Part shown: positions 41,947 to 51,614 of the stretch, in pieces | Numbering within the stretch: position 1 is the stretch's first letter | How the letters are laid out: every line of letters starts with the position of its first letter | Assembly: GCA_002421425.1 (NCBI GenBank) | Contig: DIJZ01000004.1 | Location: forward strand, 4,563-68,562 | Source: a candidate division WOR-3 bacterium UBA5631 | Lineage (GTDB): Bacteria; Hydrothermota; Hydrothermia; UBA1063 | DNA: 64,000 nt | Direction of reading: 5' to 3' | Translations under genes and position numbers: made by a program | Notes under the pieces: generated by a model | What the model was told of the DNA's origin: nothing | Databases searched by the model: none | Seen by the model: the letters and a program-made list of their open reading frames with translations, nothing else

Positions 41947-42569
41947 ATAAGGCCTGCTTCTTTGATTTAGACGGTACGTTGATTCCAAACCCATCATCAG
42001 AAAGCAGACTACTCGTAACTCTTTTCAAGAAGTTCTGCTTTTCTCCATCCGGTTTAGTAATATGGTTCCTGGAGTCCCTATTTCGCTACAGAAACTTTAA
42101 GAATTCGAAGGCCTACTATCAGGGGATTAAGCTCAGGCCTCTGCAGATAGTGATTCAGCGAAAGCTTAAGAGTTTTGAGAATTTCTTATCAAAGAAAGCC
42201 CTCGAATATCTCCAGGAAAAGAGAAAGGAGGAATTTCAATTATTTCTGATAACTGGAACTCCACATTTTATTGCTGAGGCAATCAATTCAATACTTAATT
42301 TCAATGGAGTGTTTTCATCTAATCTCGAAGTACGCCACGGAAAGCTTACCGGACGTATTATTTCAACAATTCCGTACGGGAAAAACAAAGCTAAAATAGT
42401 ACGGAAGCTTGCTGAAGAACAGAATATCGACCTTAAAGAGTCTATCTCCTTTGGAGATTCTTACAACGACCTTCATTTTCTGAAAATGACCGGAACGTGC
42501 TATGCAGTGAATCCTGATGCGAGATTGAAACGGTTCATTCCTCCGGAAAATATCCTTACGTGGGATTAG
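41943..42569 (+). CDS. HAD-IB family hydrolase (phosphatase)
   Basis: MNKACFFDLDGTLIPN (motif I DxDGT), later GDSYNDL motif; start 41943 overlaps previous stop by ATGA (maximal ORF 41922). Confidence 0.75.
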   Translation: MNKACFFDLDGTLIPNPSSESRLLVTLFKKFCFSPSGLVIWFLESLFRYRNFKNSKAYYQGIKLRPLQIVIQRKLKSFENFLSKKALEYLQEKRKEEFQLFLITGTPHFIAEAINSILNFNGVFSSNLEVRHGKLTGRIISTIPYGKNKAKIVRKLAEEQNIDLKESISFGDSYNDLHFLKMTGTCYAVNPDARLKRFIPPENILTWD

Positions 42570-42757
42570 ACTAATAATTTCCTTTTGCAACCTGTTTACA
42601 AGTTAGAAAGAGCTATTCCTCACTTTATACCGAATATGAACCGTTTGCACTAATTAAGGGAGTCTAAAAACTAATTGATTCTTAACTCGTGCCAATTTAA
42701 CGATTTCTCTGAGTCTTTTTACCAGTGCAGTGGTACGTCGAAGAAATCTTACAGCAG

Positions 42758-42777
42758 ACCTGAAAATTCAGGTTTTT
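42758..42777 (+). terminator. candidate rho-independent terminator (ACCTGAA-AA-TTCAGGT-TTTT)
   Basis: perfect 7-bp inverted repeat followed by T-run, downstream of HAD gene; overlaps stop codon of convergent minus-strand gene. Confidence 0.35.
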
Positions 42778-44027
42778 AACCTCTTTTTCTGTGCAGAAGG
42801 GAGAAGAATGTTATTCAAGATCAGTCTGTAACCCGGTGAATTTTTGTATTTTGCAACATCAGTAGGAGGGTCACCCACAAAATGCTGATAATCTTCTGGG
42901 TCATGCCCGCCCAGGAAACTGAAGAAGCCCTTTCCAAGCTCTCCGTAAATATACTTCACATACTCGGTATTTGGCAGATCACCCAGAATAACAATGTCAC
43001 CCTTCAATTTGCTTCTTCTGAAACCAGTATCCTGACCGAGAAATTCCTTAATTACTCTCGTATGATTTTGTGTAAGGATACCAGGAATCACATCAACCTT
43101 CGCGGAGAATTCCCTCAGAAGGAAGTAAGAATCTTCTCCCCACTGGGCGACTTCCAGAGTCATGTCAACGTCAGAATGTTCATAGATATAGTACTGCGAA
43201 AAAACCCTGAAATCCTTAAAAGCAAAGGTCTTTGAATAATCAAGCTTATTACTTGCCAGAGGATCAAAAGGTGTCCCATCAAAGGGAACATCAGCAATAT
43301 CAACTCCTTCTGAGGCAAGGGAAATATCCAGAGTTATTGGTGCAGAACACATCGCAAAGAGATACTTACCTGAGGACACATATTCATACAATCTTTTCGC
43401 CACAGCTCGTTCCAGAGTAACAACGTTCGAAAATCCGAGCTTTCTCGCCAGTACTTGCTTGAATTCAACCTGCTTCTTATACCATTCGGTATTCCCGTAG
43501 TTAGCATAAAATTTCCCAAATTGTCCTGTAAAGTCTTCATGATGAAGGTGAACCCAATCAAATTCTTGAAGTTTCCCTCCTAAAATTTCTTCATCGTAGA
43601 TACGGGTGTAAGGAATCTGTGCATACTCCAGAACCATTATCACAGGATCATCCCAGGGTTCATAATATGGAGGAGCATAAACACCAATTTTGGGAGGGTT
43701 CTCGAGAATAATACTCTCCATATTCTTTTCTTTTGTTTGTTCCTTTATTGCAACCACCTCTTCTTCAGGGATTTCTTCGTAGGAAACTCCAGTGATCTTC
43801 AGGAGTTCCCTTGTAACATCAGCGTCCTCCAGCAGAAAGGAACCACCACGGTAATTTAGAATCCACTCTGCCTTTGATCCAGCGCGAAGAGAGTTGTAAA
43901 CCACACCATAGGCCCGTAAATGGTCGAATTGGGATCTATCCATGGGAACCAGAATGTAGAACACATACAGTGCTTCAAGCAGAATTTTCATTCTTCTTCC
44001 TTTTCCTGTCTCTCCAGTGAAGTGCAA
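42768..44027 (-). CDS. hypothetical protein (419 aa, conserved-looking; possibly starts at M13, 43991)
   Basis: long ORF with no recognisable catalytic motif by eye; contains WVHLHHEDFTGQFG and FAMCSAP segments; overlaps sdaA 3' end. Confidence 0.55.
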   Translation of the reverse strand: MHFTGETGKGRRMKILLEALYVFYILVPMDRSQFDHLRAYGVVYNSLRAGSKAEWILNYRGGSFLLEDADVTRELLKITGVSYEEIPEEEVVAIKEQTKEKNMESIILENPPKIGVYAPPYYEPWDDPVIMVLEYAQIPYTRIYDEEILGGKLQEFDWVHLHHEDFTGQFGKFYANYGNTEWYKKQVEFKQVLARKLGFSNVVTLERAVAKRLYEYVSSGKYLFAMCSAPITLDISLASEGVDIADVPFDGTPFDPLASNKLDYSKTFAFKDFRVFSQYYIYEHSDVDMTLEVAQWGEDSYFLLREFSAKVDVIPGILTQNHTRVIKEFLGQDTGFRRSKLKGDIVILGDLPNTEYVKYIYGELGKGFFSFLGGHDPEDYQHFVGDPPTDVAKYKNSPGYRLILNNILLPSAQKKRLKT

Positions 44028-45198
44028 GACCTCCGCTTGCAGTTTCTTTGTAAGCTGACGGAAGATCTTTCCCTGTCTCCTTCATCGTATTTACAACAGC
44101 ATCAAAGGAAATCATATGCCGTCCGTCAGAAAGTAATGAATATGTGGCGCACTCAAGAGCTCTCAAAGCTGCCACTGCGTTTCGCTCAATACAGGGAATT
44201 TGAACATACCCGAGAACAGGGTCGCAGGTAAGCCCTAAATGATGCTCAATCCCCATCTCTGCAGCATATTCAATCTGGAATACGGTACCACCAAGAATTT
44301 GTGTTGCTGCAGCAGCCGCCATTGAGCAAGCAACTCCAACCTCTCCCTGGCAACCGACTTCAGCACCAGAAATGGAAGCATTCTCTCTGACAAGGGCACC
44401 AATCAAACCAGCAGTTGCTAAGCCTCTCAAGATCTTTTCTTCGGGGAGATGATACTCTTCCATTAGGAAGAACAGTACAGCGGGAAGAACGCCACAGGAT
44501 CCACAAGTTGGTGCAGTGACTATTAGTCCACCATCTGCATTCTCCTCCGACACTGCCAGTGCGTATGCAAATACCCGACCTTTTAAGCCTGCAATCCTCG
44601 TTGAATTCACAGCCTTTATATAATATGACCACGCCTTTCTTGGTAGATGAAGTTCCCCCGGCAGTACACCTTCGCGGTTTAACCCTCTTTCCACCGAGTC
44701 TTTCATCACATTCCACACTTCTCTCAGAAAGCCCCAGATTTCCTTACCCTCATAATCCTCAACGAATTCCCACAAACTTTTCCCGGTTTCCTCGGACCAA
44801 TCCAGAATATCCTCCATTCGATTTAAAGGAAATACGTCTTCTTTAACAAAGAATTCTTTTTCAGTCTTCACAATACCGCCACCGACACTGTAATACGTTT
44901 CCTGTCCCACCAGTTTGTTATCATTGTCAAACCCTTTAAATTCCATCGCATTTGGATGCAGGGGCAAAAATACATCGGGTTTGTTTAGAATTTCAATAAC
45001 ACCGGGGAAAGCCTTTTTCAGGGCATCATGGGTTAAATGACCTTTCCCTGTAGCTGCAAGGGTACCATAAAGAGTCACATTTAGTGATTTTACGCGTGGA
45101 AATTCCTCCAGGAACCGTTGAAGCGCTCGGACGGGTCCCATTGTATGAGAAGATGAAGGCCCATGACCAATTTTAAATATCTGTCTTATGGACTCCAT
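43975..45198 (-). CDS. sdaA: L-serine ammonia-lyase (iron-sulfur-dependent, single-chain)
   Basis: MESIRQIFKIGHGPSSSHTMGP canonical N-terminus with RBS AAAGGAG 6 nt upstream; beta-domain CGSCG cluster motif; maximal ORF extends to 45315 but lacks an RBS there. Confidence 0.9.
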   Translation of the reverse strand: MESIRQIFKIGHGPSSSHTMGPVRALQRFLEEFPRVKSLNVTLYGTLAATGKGHLTHDALKKAFPGVIEILNKPDVFLPLHPNAMEFKGFDNDNKLVGQETYYSVGGGIVKTEKEFFVKEDVFPLNRMEDILDWSEETGKSLWEFVEDYEGKEIWGFLREVWNVMKDSVERGLNREGVLPGELHLPRKAWSYYIKAVNSTRIAGLKGRVFAYALAVSEENADGGLIVTAPTCGSCGVLPAVLFFLMEEYHLPEEKILRGLATAGLIGALVRENASISGAEVGCQGEVGVACSMAAAAATQILGGTVFQIEYAAEMGIEHHLGLTCDPVLGYVQIPCIERNAVAALRALECATYSLLSDGRHMISFDAVVNTMKETGKDLPSAYKETASGGLALHWRDRKRKKNENSA

Positions 45199-45351
45199 TC
45201 TTGCTCCTTTGAATTTTTCGATTTCCTCAAAATTATACAACAAAGCGTAAGTTTTTTGAATGTGCCGCTTTCTCGCCGTGCCATGTATTTCTGGGTCTCT
45301 TTGGTCTTTGAACAACCTCTGCCAAAACTACTGGGGGAATAACATCACCTT

Positions 45352-45391
45352 TTGACTTGACACAGCTCTTAAATTAAAATTGTTAGCAACA
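45352..45391 (+). promoter_or_regulatory. candidate marR promoter (-35 TTGACT, 17 nt, -10 TAAAAT) followed by palindrome TGTTAGCAACA
   Basis: read directly; palindrome abuts the -10 and may be the MarR autoregulatory site. Confidence 0.35.
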
Positions 45392-45408
45392 CGAACAGGA
45401 GGTTTATT

Positions 45409-45849
45409 ATGATTGAGAAAGATATTGAAAGGGTAATGAGGGAAGTATATGCACAGGTTACGAAAGAGGGAAGAACTGCTTTGAAAGAAATAAACCTAAC
45501 TCCCCCACAATTCAATCTGATGGTACATCTGTACTTCTGTGGTCCACTTAACCAGACAAATCTTGCAAAGGATCTTTACCTTGCAAAGAGTACAATTTCG
45601 GGAATTGTAGAAAGACTCGAAAAAAGAAGGTTCGTTAAAAGAGCCAAAGTTGAAGCCGATAGAAGAAGCGAAATTGTTGTACTTACTCCTCAAGGCGAAG
45701 AAGTAATACAGAGAGTAATTGACAAAAGAGTAGAATTTCTCAGAAAGCTGATGCTGGATTTCACCGATGAAGAAAAGGAGAAGTTGCTTCAGTTTATTTC
45801 AAAGATGCGGGACAAACTGCCCGAATACGCTTCCAGCAAGAAATGCTAA
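45409..45849 (+). CDS. MarR family transcriptional regulator
   Basis: 146 aa; winged HTH LTPPQFNLMVHL...NQTNLAKDLYLAKSTISGIVERLEKRRFV. Confidence 0.85.
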   Translation: MIEKDIERVMREVYAQVTKEGRTALKEINLTPPQFNLMVHLYFCGPLNQTNLAKDLYLAKSTISGIVERLEKRRFVKRAKVEADRRSEIVVLTPQGEEVIQRVIDKRVEFLRKLMLDFTDEEKEKLLQFISKMRDKLPEYASSKKC

Positions 45850-46982
45850 AAAGCTCCAAAATCGTTGGCACTACATTCTTCATCTTCACTCTCGCTATTA
45901 TTTTTAGCGTTCTTGGGAAATTTCAGGTAAGTAGCATACCAAAACTTTTTGACTACAGCTTCTTCAATCTCTTAACCCTCGTCATTTTAGTCCAGGCAGT
46001 AACGCAGACGTTCAAGGTAAACCAGTATGATAAAAAAGTGTTGAAGCTGGTCTCATCGATTTCAGGCGATATCAGATACTCCATGGTAGTTCCCCCGATA
46101 ATCTTTGGGCTTCTTCCGATGCCCGCAGGAGCAATGCTTACAGCTGAACTCACCAGAACTGCAGGTGAAAGTCTGGGTGCCAGGAAAAAATGGATTTTCT
46201 TCTTCAATTACTGGTTCAGGCATGTTTGTGAATTCTCCTGGCCTCTTTATGGCGCACTTATTTTAGCTGCGGGCATTGCTGGAATTCCACTCAAAAACTT
46301 TATTCTTGCGACCCTTCTATATTTCACCATCGCTGTAATAATTGGGCTTGTGCTAATTTTTGTAAAAGTAAAACCCAACGGAAACAAAGAAAGAATCAAA
46401 ATTCAACCAAAGGAGATCCTTTTAAATCTCCTTTCTGCCTTAACGCCTGTCATTTTGATTATCGTTATGATCTTCCTGAAAATCGATTTGAAATATTCCC
46501 TTCTGATTGTCCTGGCTCTCCTGTTTCTACTTGAAAAAACACGACTTTCAGACATACTCAAAACATTAAAACTGTCAGTTTTTTCGGACATTACCCTGAT
46601 CGTTTTGGTAGTTCTGCTCTTCAAAGGAATCGTAGAAAATACCGACACTCTCAACGCCTTCGCCCGCTTTCTAACTTCACATAAAGTTCCTCAAATCATA
46701 CCAGTGATAATCCTCCCTATGATAATGGCATTCCTTACCGGCATTACATCAGCAGGAATTGGCTCCACAGCGCCAATTTTACAGGGCCTGTTTGCATTGA
46801 ATCCCGCTTTCCCGTATCTCGCGTACATATCTGCCATTACAGGTGTGTTGATTTCACCTTTTCACCTCTGTTTTATAACCACAAAGGAATACTTCAAAGT
46901 TTCCTTTAAAGAAGTGTATGCTACGATAACGGTTCCAATATTACTTATTCAGCTTGTAGCAATCCTGAAGGCACTTTTATGA
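45843..46982 (+). CDS. integral membrane protein (permease-like, about 10 TM)
   Basis: 379 aa, highly hydrophobic; overlaps marR and ABC gene ends. Confidence 0.6.
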   Translation: MLKSSKIVGTTFFIFTLAIIFSVLGKFQVSSIPKLFDYSFFNLLTLVILVQAVTQTFKVNQYDKKVLKLVSSISGDIRYSMVVPPIIFGLLPMPAGAMLTAELTRTAGESLGARKKWIFFFNYWFRHVCEFSWPLYGALILAAGIAGIPLKNFILATLLYFTIAVIIGLVLIFVKVKPNGNKERIKIQPKEILLNLLSALTPVILIIVMIFLKIDLKYSLLIVLALLFLLEKTRLSDILKTLKLSVFSDITLIVLVVLLFKGIVENTDTLNAFARFLTSHKVPQIIPVIILPMIMAFLTGITSAGIGSTAPILQGLFALNPAFPYLAYISAITGVLISPFHLCFITTKEYFKVSFKEVYATITVPILLIQLVAILKALL

Positions 46983-48706
46983 AAGGCATTCTCAAGAGAC
47001 TCCTTAAGTACAAATGGTCAATTGTCCTTGGAATTTTGAGTCTACTAATCGTAGACGCTGCCCAGCTCATAATTCCACTTGTGGTAAGAAAGAGCATTAA
47101 TCTCATCCAGTCGGGTCAGGCTACCATGAAAATCCTCGGAGTATACGCCCTATACATCCTCGGATTGACATTGGTAATCGCGATCCTGAGGTTCTTCTGG
47201 CGTTATTTTATTATGGGAACGGCGAGAAAAGTCGAACGAGATATACGGGAGGAGCTATATTATCACTTCATTAAACTCTCTGCGAGCTTCTTCAACAAAG
47301 AAAAGACAGGTGAACTGATGGCGCTCGTTACTAACGATACCGATGCCATCAGAATGGCGTCGGGAATGGGGCTGGTGCAAATTACTGATATTATCGTCTA
47401 TTCAACTTTTTCTCTGGCAATTATGTTCAAAATTTCTCCTCTACTCGCCCTCTACGCCCTCTTGCCACTCCCATTGATCAGTATTCTTATCTCTTTTTCC
47501 GGAAGACTTAACTACAAGTACTTTAAGGAGGTTCAAGAAACCTTCTCACACTTGACTGAAAAAATCAGGGAATCCATCACGGGAATAAAGGTGCTGAGAG
47601 GATTTTCCCAGACTGAGGGTCAGATTAGAGACATTGGTGTTACCAACGAAGTTTTCCTGAGGAAGAATATGAAACTTGCAAAAGTGTCAAGTCTTTTTGA
47701 ACCTGCAATACAACTTGGAGCTACCTTATCCTTTGCGATATTGCTATTCTTTGGTGGCAGAAAAGTAATTCTTAACGAGATCTCCCTTGGAGATTTTGTG
47801 GCCTTTTCAAGCTACCTCGGAATGATGATATGGCCAATGATTGCCATCGGCTTTATGGTAAATATTGTTCAGCGTGGTTCAGCTTCTATGGATAGAATTG
47901 AAAGAGTCCTCCATATCGAGCCCGAAATCAAAAATTTGCCCACGACAAGAAGAATTGAAATTGAGGGGAATATTGAAGTCAAAAATCTGACATTTTCCTA
48001 CACACCTGACAGGCCAGTGCTTATGGATGTGAATTTCAGACTCAAAAAAGGGCAAAAACTCGGAATTATCGGAAGGACTGGTTCTGGAAAGAGTACGCTG
48101 TGTTACCTGATTCCGAGAATCTTTGATCCGCCTGAAGGTACAGTATTTATAGAGGATTCTGACGTAAAGTACCTTGACCTTGCTGAAATCAGAAAAGCGG
48201 TCAGCTTCGTTCCGCAGGAGAGCCTTTTGTTCTCCACAACCATCAGAGAAAATGTAAGTTACGGTAAAGAAAATGCCACCGAAGAAGAGATAATAAGAGC
48301 TTTGCACCTCGCCGAAATATATGACGAAGTAATGACAATGCCGAAGGGTATCGATACTCTTGTTGGGGAGAGGGGCTTAACCCTTTCTGGCGGTCAGAAA
48401 CAGCGCATTGCAATAGCGAGAGCTATTGTAAAAAATGCACCAATATTTATACTGGATGATGCATTATCCGCTGTGGACACCGAAACCGAAATTAGAATCC
48501 TGACCAATCTTTCAGAATTTCTGAGTAGCAAAACAACCCTTATTGTTTCCCACAGAGTATCTGCAGTAATGGATTGCGACGAAATCATCGTTCTTGAAGA
48601 CGGTAAGATAGCCGACAGAGGCACCCACGAAGAGCTCCTGTCAAGAGAAGGGTTCTACAGACACATTTACGAACTCCAAAAACTGGAGGAAGGAATTGTT
48701 CGGTAG
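46979..48706 (+). CDS. ABC transporter ATP-binding protein/permease (type I exporter half-transporter)
   Basis: 575 aa; 6-TM domain plus NBD with Walker A GRTGSGKST, signature LSGGQKQR, Walker B ILDDALSAVD. Confidence 0.9.
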   Translation: MKGILKRLLKYKWSIVLGILSLLIVDAAQLIIPLVVRKSINLIQSGQATMKILGVYALYILGLTLVIAILRFFWRYFIMGTARKVERDIREELYYHFIKLSASFFNKEKTGELMALVTNDTDAIRMASGMGLVQITDIIVYSTFSLAIMFKISPLLALYALLPLPLISILISFSGRLNYKYFKEVQETFSHLTEKIRESITGIKVLRGFSQTEGQIRDIGVTNEVFLRKNMKLAKVSSLFEPAIQLGATLSFAILLFFGGRKVILNEISLGDFVAFSSYLGMMIWPMIAIGFMVNIVQRGSASMDRIERVLHIEPEIKNLPTTRRIEIEGNIEVKNLTFSYTPDRPVLMDVNFRLKKGQKLGIIGRTGSGKSTLCYLIPRIFDPPEGTVFIEDSDVKYLDLAEIRKAVSFVPQESLLFSTTIRENVSYGKENATEEEIIRALHLAEIYDEVMTMPKGIDTLVGERGLTLSGGQKQRIAIARAIVKNAPIFILDDALSAVDTETEIRILTNLSEFLSSKTTLIVSHRVSAVMDCDEIIVLEDGKIADRGTHEELLSREGFYRHIYELQKLEEGIVR

Positions 48707-50771
48707 TCACGGCCCCGGAGAGCATTTAGAAACCACAGGGAAATTCTTTGATAGAAAAGTACTTCGCAGAACCCTCCATTTTGTGAATCCTTACAAAGGG
48801 TTGGTTGCCCTCGCGTTTGTATTCTTGATGATTACGGCAGCTATACAGATCGTTATGCCAATAATTAACCGCAGAGCCATAGATTTCTACATTCTTCCAT
48901 CCTACGTAGAACTCACGAGGCCTGATCTTGCTAAAGAGTACGACCTCGAAAAATACATAGTGCAACTTGAAGATGGAAAAACCCTGATCAAAAGGCCTGC
49001 TCTTTCCAGGGAAATCTCTGCTGAGCTTGAAAGAATGAATGCCTTTGGAGACATCCGTTTTTACATTACAAAGAAGACTATCCCGGGCAAGGAGCCTCTC
49101 TTTGTTAAAACCCTTGATGGCAGGTATGCCATAGAGCAAACAAAAATTAACATTCTGACGAAGCCCCACATCCTTGACTTAAGAAAGGAGGACCTCAGAG
49201 AAGTTTACAAACTTGCACTTCTACTTGTAACAATTCTTGTAATCTCTTTCATATTCTCGTTTTTACAGGGATATACCCTTCAGTATGTTACCCAGAAGGT
49301 AATGTACGATATGCGAATTGCAATTTCCAGACACCTCCTAAACCTCCCGCTGTCCTATTTCGACAGAAATCCCACCGGACGACTTGTTACAAGGGCAACA
49401 AACGATGTAGCTGCAATTGCTGAAATGCTCAGTTCCGTTATTGTTTACCTCATAAAGGATTTCGTTGTCATAATTGGAGTAGTCGTTATTATGTTTAGAA
49501 TGAACCTGAAATTAACTTTGCTGGTGCTTTCCATATCCCCTGCACTCCTTTTCGTTACAATTCTGTTCCGAGTGAAACTTCGTGATGCCTTTAGAAGAGT
49601 GCGCGCGAAACTCGCACAGCTAAACGCCTTCCTCCAGGAAAGCATCTCAGGAATAAGGGTAGTTCAAATCTTCAATCTGGAAAAAATCGTAAAAGGAAAA
49701 TTTCAGACCCAAAACAAAGAGCTTTTTGATGCAAACATTCAACAACTGTATGTATTTGCAACCTTTAGACCAATTATTGATTTCCTTAGGGCTGTAACGG
49801 TGGGTCTTATTATCTGGATCGGTGGCGGAGAAGTAATAAGAAATATGTTAACCTTCGGATCTCTCATCGCGTTCCTTTCTTACATAGATATGCTCTTCCA
49901 GCCAATAATTGAATTCTCTGAAAAGTACAACATTATGCAGTCTGCTATGGCTGCCGGCGATAGAATTTTTGAACTCCTTGATGAACCCACGGAGCCAAAA
50001 GGAAGAGGACTAAGAAAAGAAATTAGCGGAAAAGTTGAATTCAGGAATGTGTGGTTCTCTTACAACACAGACACGTGGGTTTTGAAAGATATCAGTTTTG
50101 TTGTAAATCCCGGAGAAACTCTTGCCATCGTGGGCCCCACTGGGGCAGGGAAAACCTCTTTAATTTCAACAATCTTTGGATTTTACCCTTACCAGAAGGG
50201 TCAAATTCTAATCGATGACATCCCATTAGAAGAATACGATCTTGAGCATTTGCGCTCTCAGATGGGCCTTGTGCTACAGGATGTATTTATCTTTTCCGGA
50301 GAATTAAAGAAAAACATAAGGCTGTATAGAGAGGACATTTCAGACAAGGAAATTGAGGAAGCAGCGCGAAATGTATACGTGCAACACTTCGCTCAGAAAC
50401 TTCAAAATGGATATGAAACCCTTCTGGGAGAAAGGGGAGCATCCCTTTCCGTTGGCGAAAGGCAGCTTTTGTCCTTTGCAAGAGCTCTTGCTTTCAATCC
50501 GAGAATTCTTGTCCTTGACGAAGCAACAGCAAATGTAGATTCCTATACTGAGAAGTTAATACAGCAGGCAATAAGGAAGGTATTAAAAGGAAGAACTTCC
50601 ATCGTGATTGCACACAGGCTCTCAACCATAAAAGATGCAGACAAAATCATCGTAGTGTACGATGGAAAAATTGTTGAAGAAGGAACCCACGATTCACTCA
50701 TCAAGAGGAAAGGAATGTATTACCATCTTTACATACTACAATTTGCAAGGAGTGAGACCGGTGGATTATAA
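48696..50771 (+). CDS. ABC transporter ATP-binding protein/permease with ~115-aa extracytoplasmic insertion between TM1 and TM2
   Basis: 691 aa; Walker A GPTGAGKTS, signature LSVGERQ, Walker B VLDEATANVD; hydrophilic stretch residues ~60-175 between first two TM helices. Confidence 0.9.
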   Translation: MFGSHGPGEHLETTGKFFDRKVLRRTLHFVNPYKGLVALAFVFLMITAAIQIVMPIINRRAIDFYILPSYVELTRPDLAKEYDLEKYIVQLEDGKTLIKRPALSREISAELERMNAFGDIRFYITKKTIPGKEPLFVKTLDGRYAIEQTKINILTKPHILDLRKEDLREVYKLALLLVTILVISFIFSFLQGYTLQYVTQKVMYDMRIAISRHLLNLPLSYFDRNPTGRLVTRATNDVAAIAEMLSSVIVYLIKDFVVIIGVVVIMFRMNLKLTLLVLSISPALLFVTILFRVKLRDAFRRVRAKLAQLNAFLQESISGIRVVQIFNLEKIVKGKFQTQNKELFDANIQQLYVFATFRPIIDFLRAVTVGLIIWIGGGEVIRNMLTFGSLIAFLSYIDMLFQPIIEFSEKYNIMQSAMAAGDRIFELLDEPTEPKGRGLRKEISGKVEFRNVWFSYNTDTWVLKDISFVVNPGETLAIVGPTGAGKTSLISTIFGFYPYQKGQILIDDIPLEEYDLEHLRSQMGLVLQDVFIFSGELKKNIRLYREDISDKEIEEAARNVYVQHFAQKLQNGYETLLGERGASLSVGERQLLSFARALAFNPRILVLDEATANVDSYTEKLIQQAIRKVLKGRTSIVIAHRLSTIKDADKIIVVYDGKIVEEGTHDSLIKRKGMYYHLYILQFARSETGGL

Positions 50772-51576
50772 GAGAAAAAATTACAGAGGAGTGGCTCTGA
50801 CTATAGCAGGTAGCGATTCGAGCGGGGGGGCGGGAATTCAGGCTGACTTAAAAACTTTCGAGGCCTTCGATGTATATGGAATGAGCGTGATTACTGCCCT
50901 CACGGCACAGAACACCTACTCCGTTTCCGGAATATTTCCCGTAAGTCCGGATTTCGTTGAACTTCAGATCGAGGCTATTTTTAATGATATAATCCCCGAT
51001 GCCATTAAAACTGGCATGTTATTAAACGCTCCAATAATAGAATCCGTGGCAAGAGCCATTAAGAAGTATCAGGTGGAAAAACTTGTCGTGGACCCTGTTA
51101 TGGTTTCAAAAAGTGGTGCAAGACTCCTGGAGGAAGATGCAATTGAAGCACTTCTGAATAATCTATTACCAATATCCTTTCTAATTACTCCAAATGTGTT
51201 TGAAGCTCAAATAATTTCAAAAATGGAAATTAAAACCCATAGAGATCTTATCAAAGCAGGAACTGAGATTCTGAAAAAGGGTCCGAAATGGGTTCTAATG
51301 AAGGGTGGACACATAGAAGGAAAGGATGCTATAGATATATTGGTGAGCAGGGATGGAGCGTGGGAGTTTAGGGGAAAACGAATCTCTACACAGCACGACC
51401 ACGGAACTGGTTGTACTATTTCCGCTGCTATTACTGCACTTCTTGCAATGGGCAAAGAAGTCCCCGAAACAGTCAGCATCGCAAAAAAGTATATTCAAGA
51501 AGCAATCAAAGAGGCACCCCACCTCGGAAAAGGTCATGGACCTTTGCGCCATAAAATAAGTCTGAACCTTGACTGA
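50761..51576 (+). CDS. thiD: hydroxymethylpyrimidine/phosphomethylpyrimidine kinase
   Basis: GVALTIAGSDSSGGAGIQADLKTF canonical ThiD N-terminus; GTG start 50761 with AAGGAG 8 nt upstream (maximal ORF from 50662 overlaps ABC gene). Confidence 0.85.
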   Translation: MDYKRKNYRGVALTIAGSDSSGGAGIQADLKTFEAFDVYGMSVITALTAQNTYSVSGIFPVSPDFVELQIEAIFNDIIPDAIKTGMLLNAPIIESVARAIKKYQVEKLVVDPVMVSKSGARLLEEDAIEALLNNLLPISFLITPNVFEAQIISKMEIKTHRDLIKAGTEILKKGPKWVLMKGGHIEGKDAIDILVSRDGAWEFRGKRISTQHDHGTGCTISAAITALLAMGKEVPETVSIAKKYIQEAIKEAPHLGKGHGPLRHKISLNLD

Positions 51577-51597
51577 ACAGCTACAAAAGATTAAACT
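51569..51597 (+). promoter_or_regulatory. candidate promoter for ogg-fur-flavodoxin-flr-fprA cluster (-35 TTGACT, 17 nt, -10 TAAACT)
   Basis: read directly, overlapping the thiD stop. Confidence 0.3.
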
Positions 51598-51614
51598 TAT
51601 TCCAAGGTTTTATA

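Noticed and set aside
45199-45315. N-terminal 39-aa extension of sdaA in the maximal ORF
   Set aside because: The canonical L-serine dehydratase N-terminus (MESIRQIFKIGHGPSSSHTMGP) starts at 45198 with a strong RBS; the extension has none.
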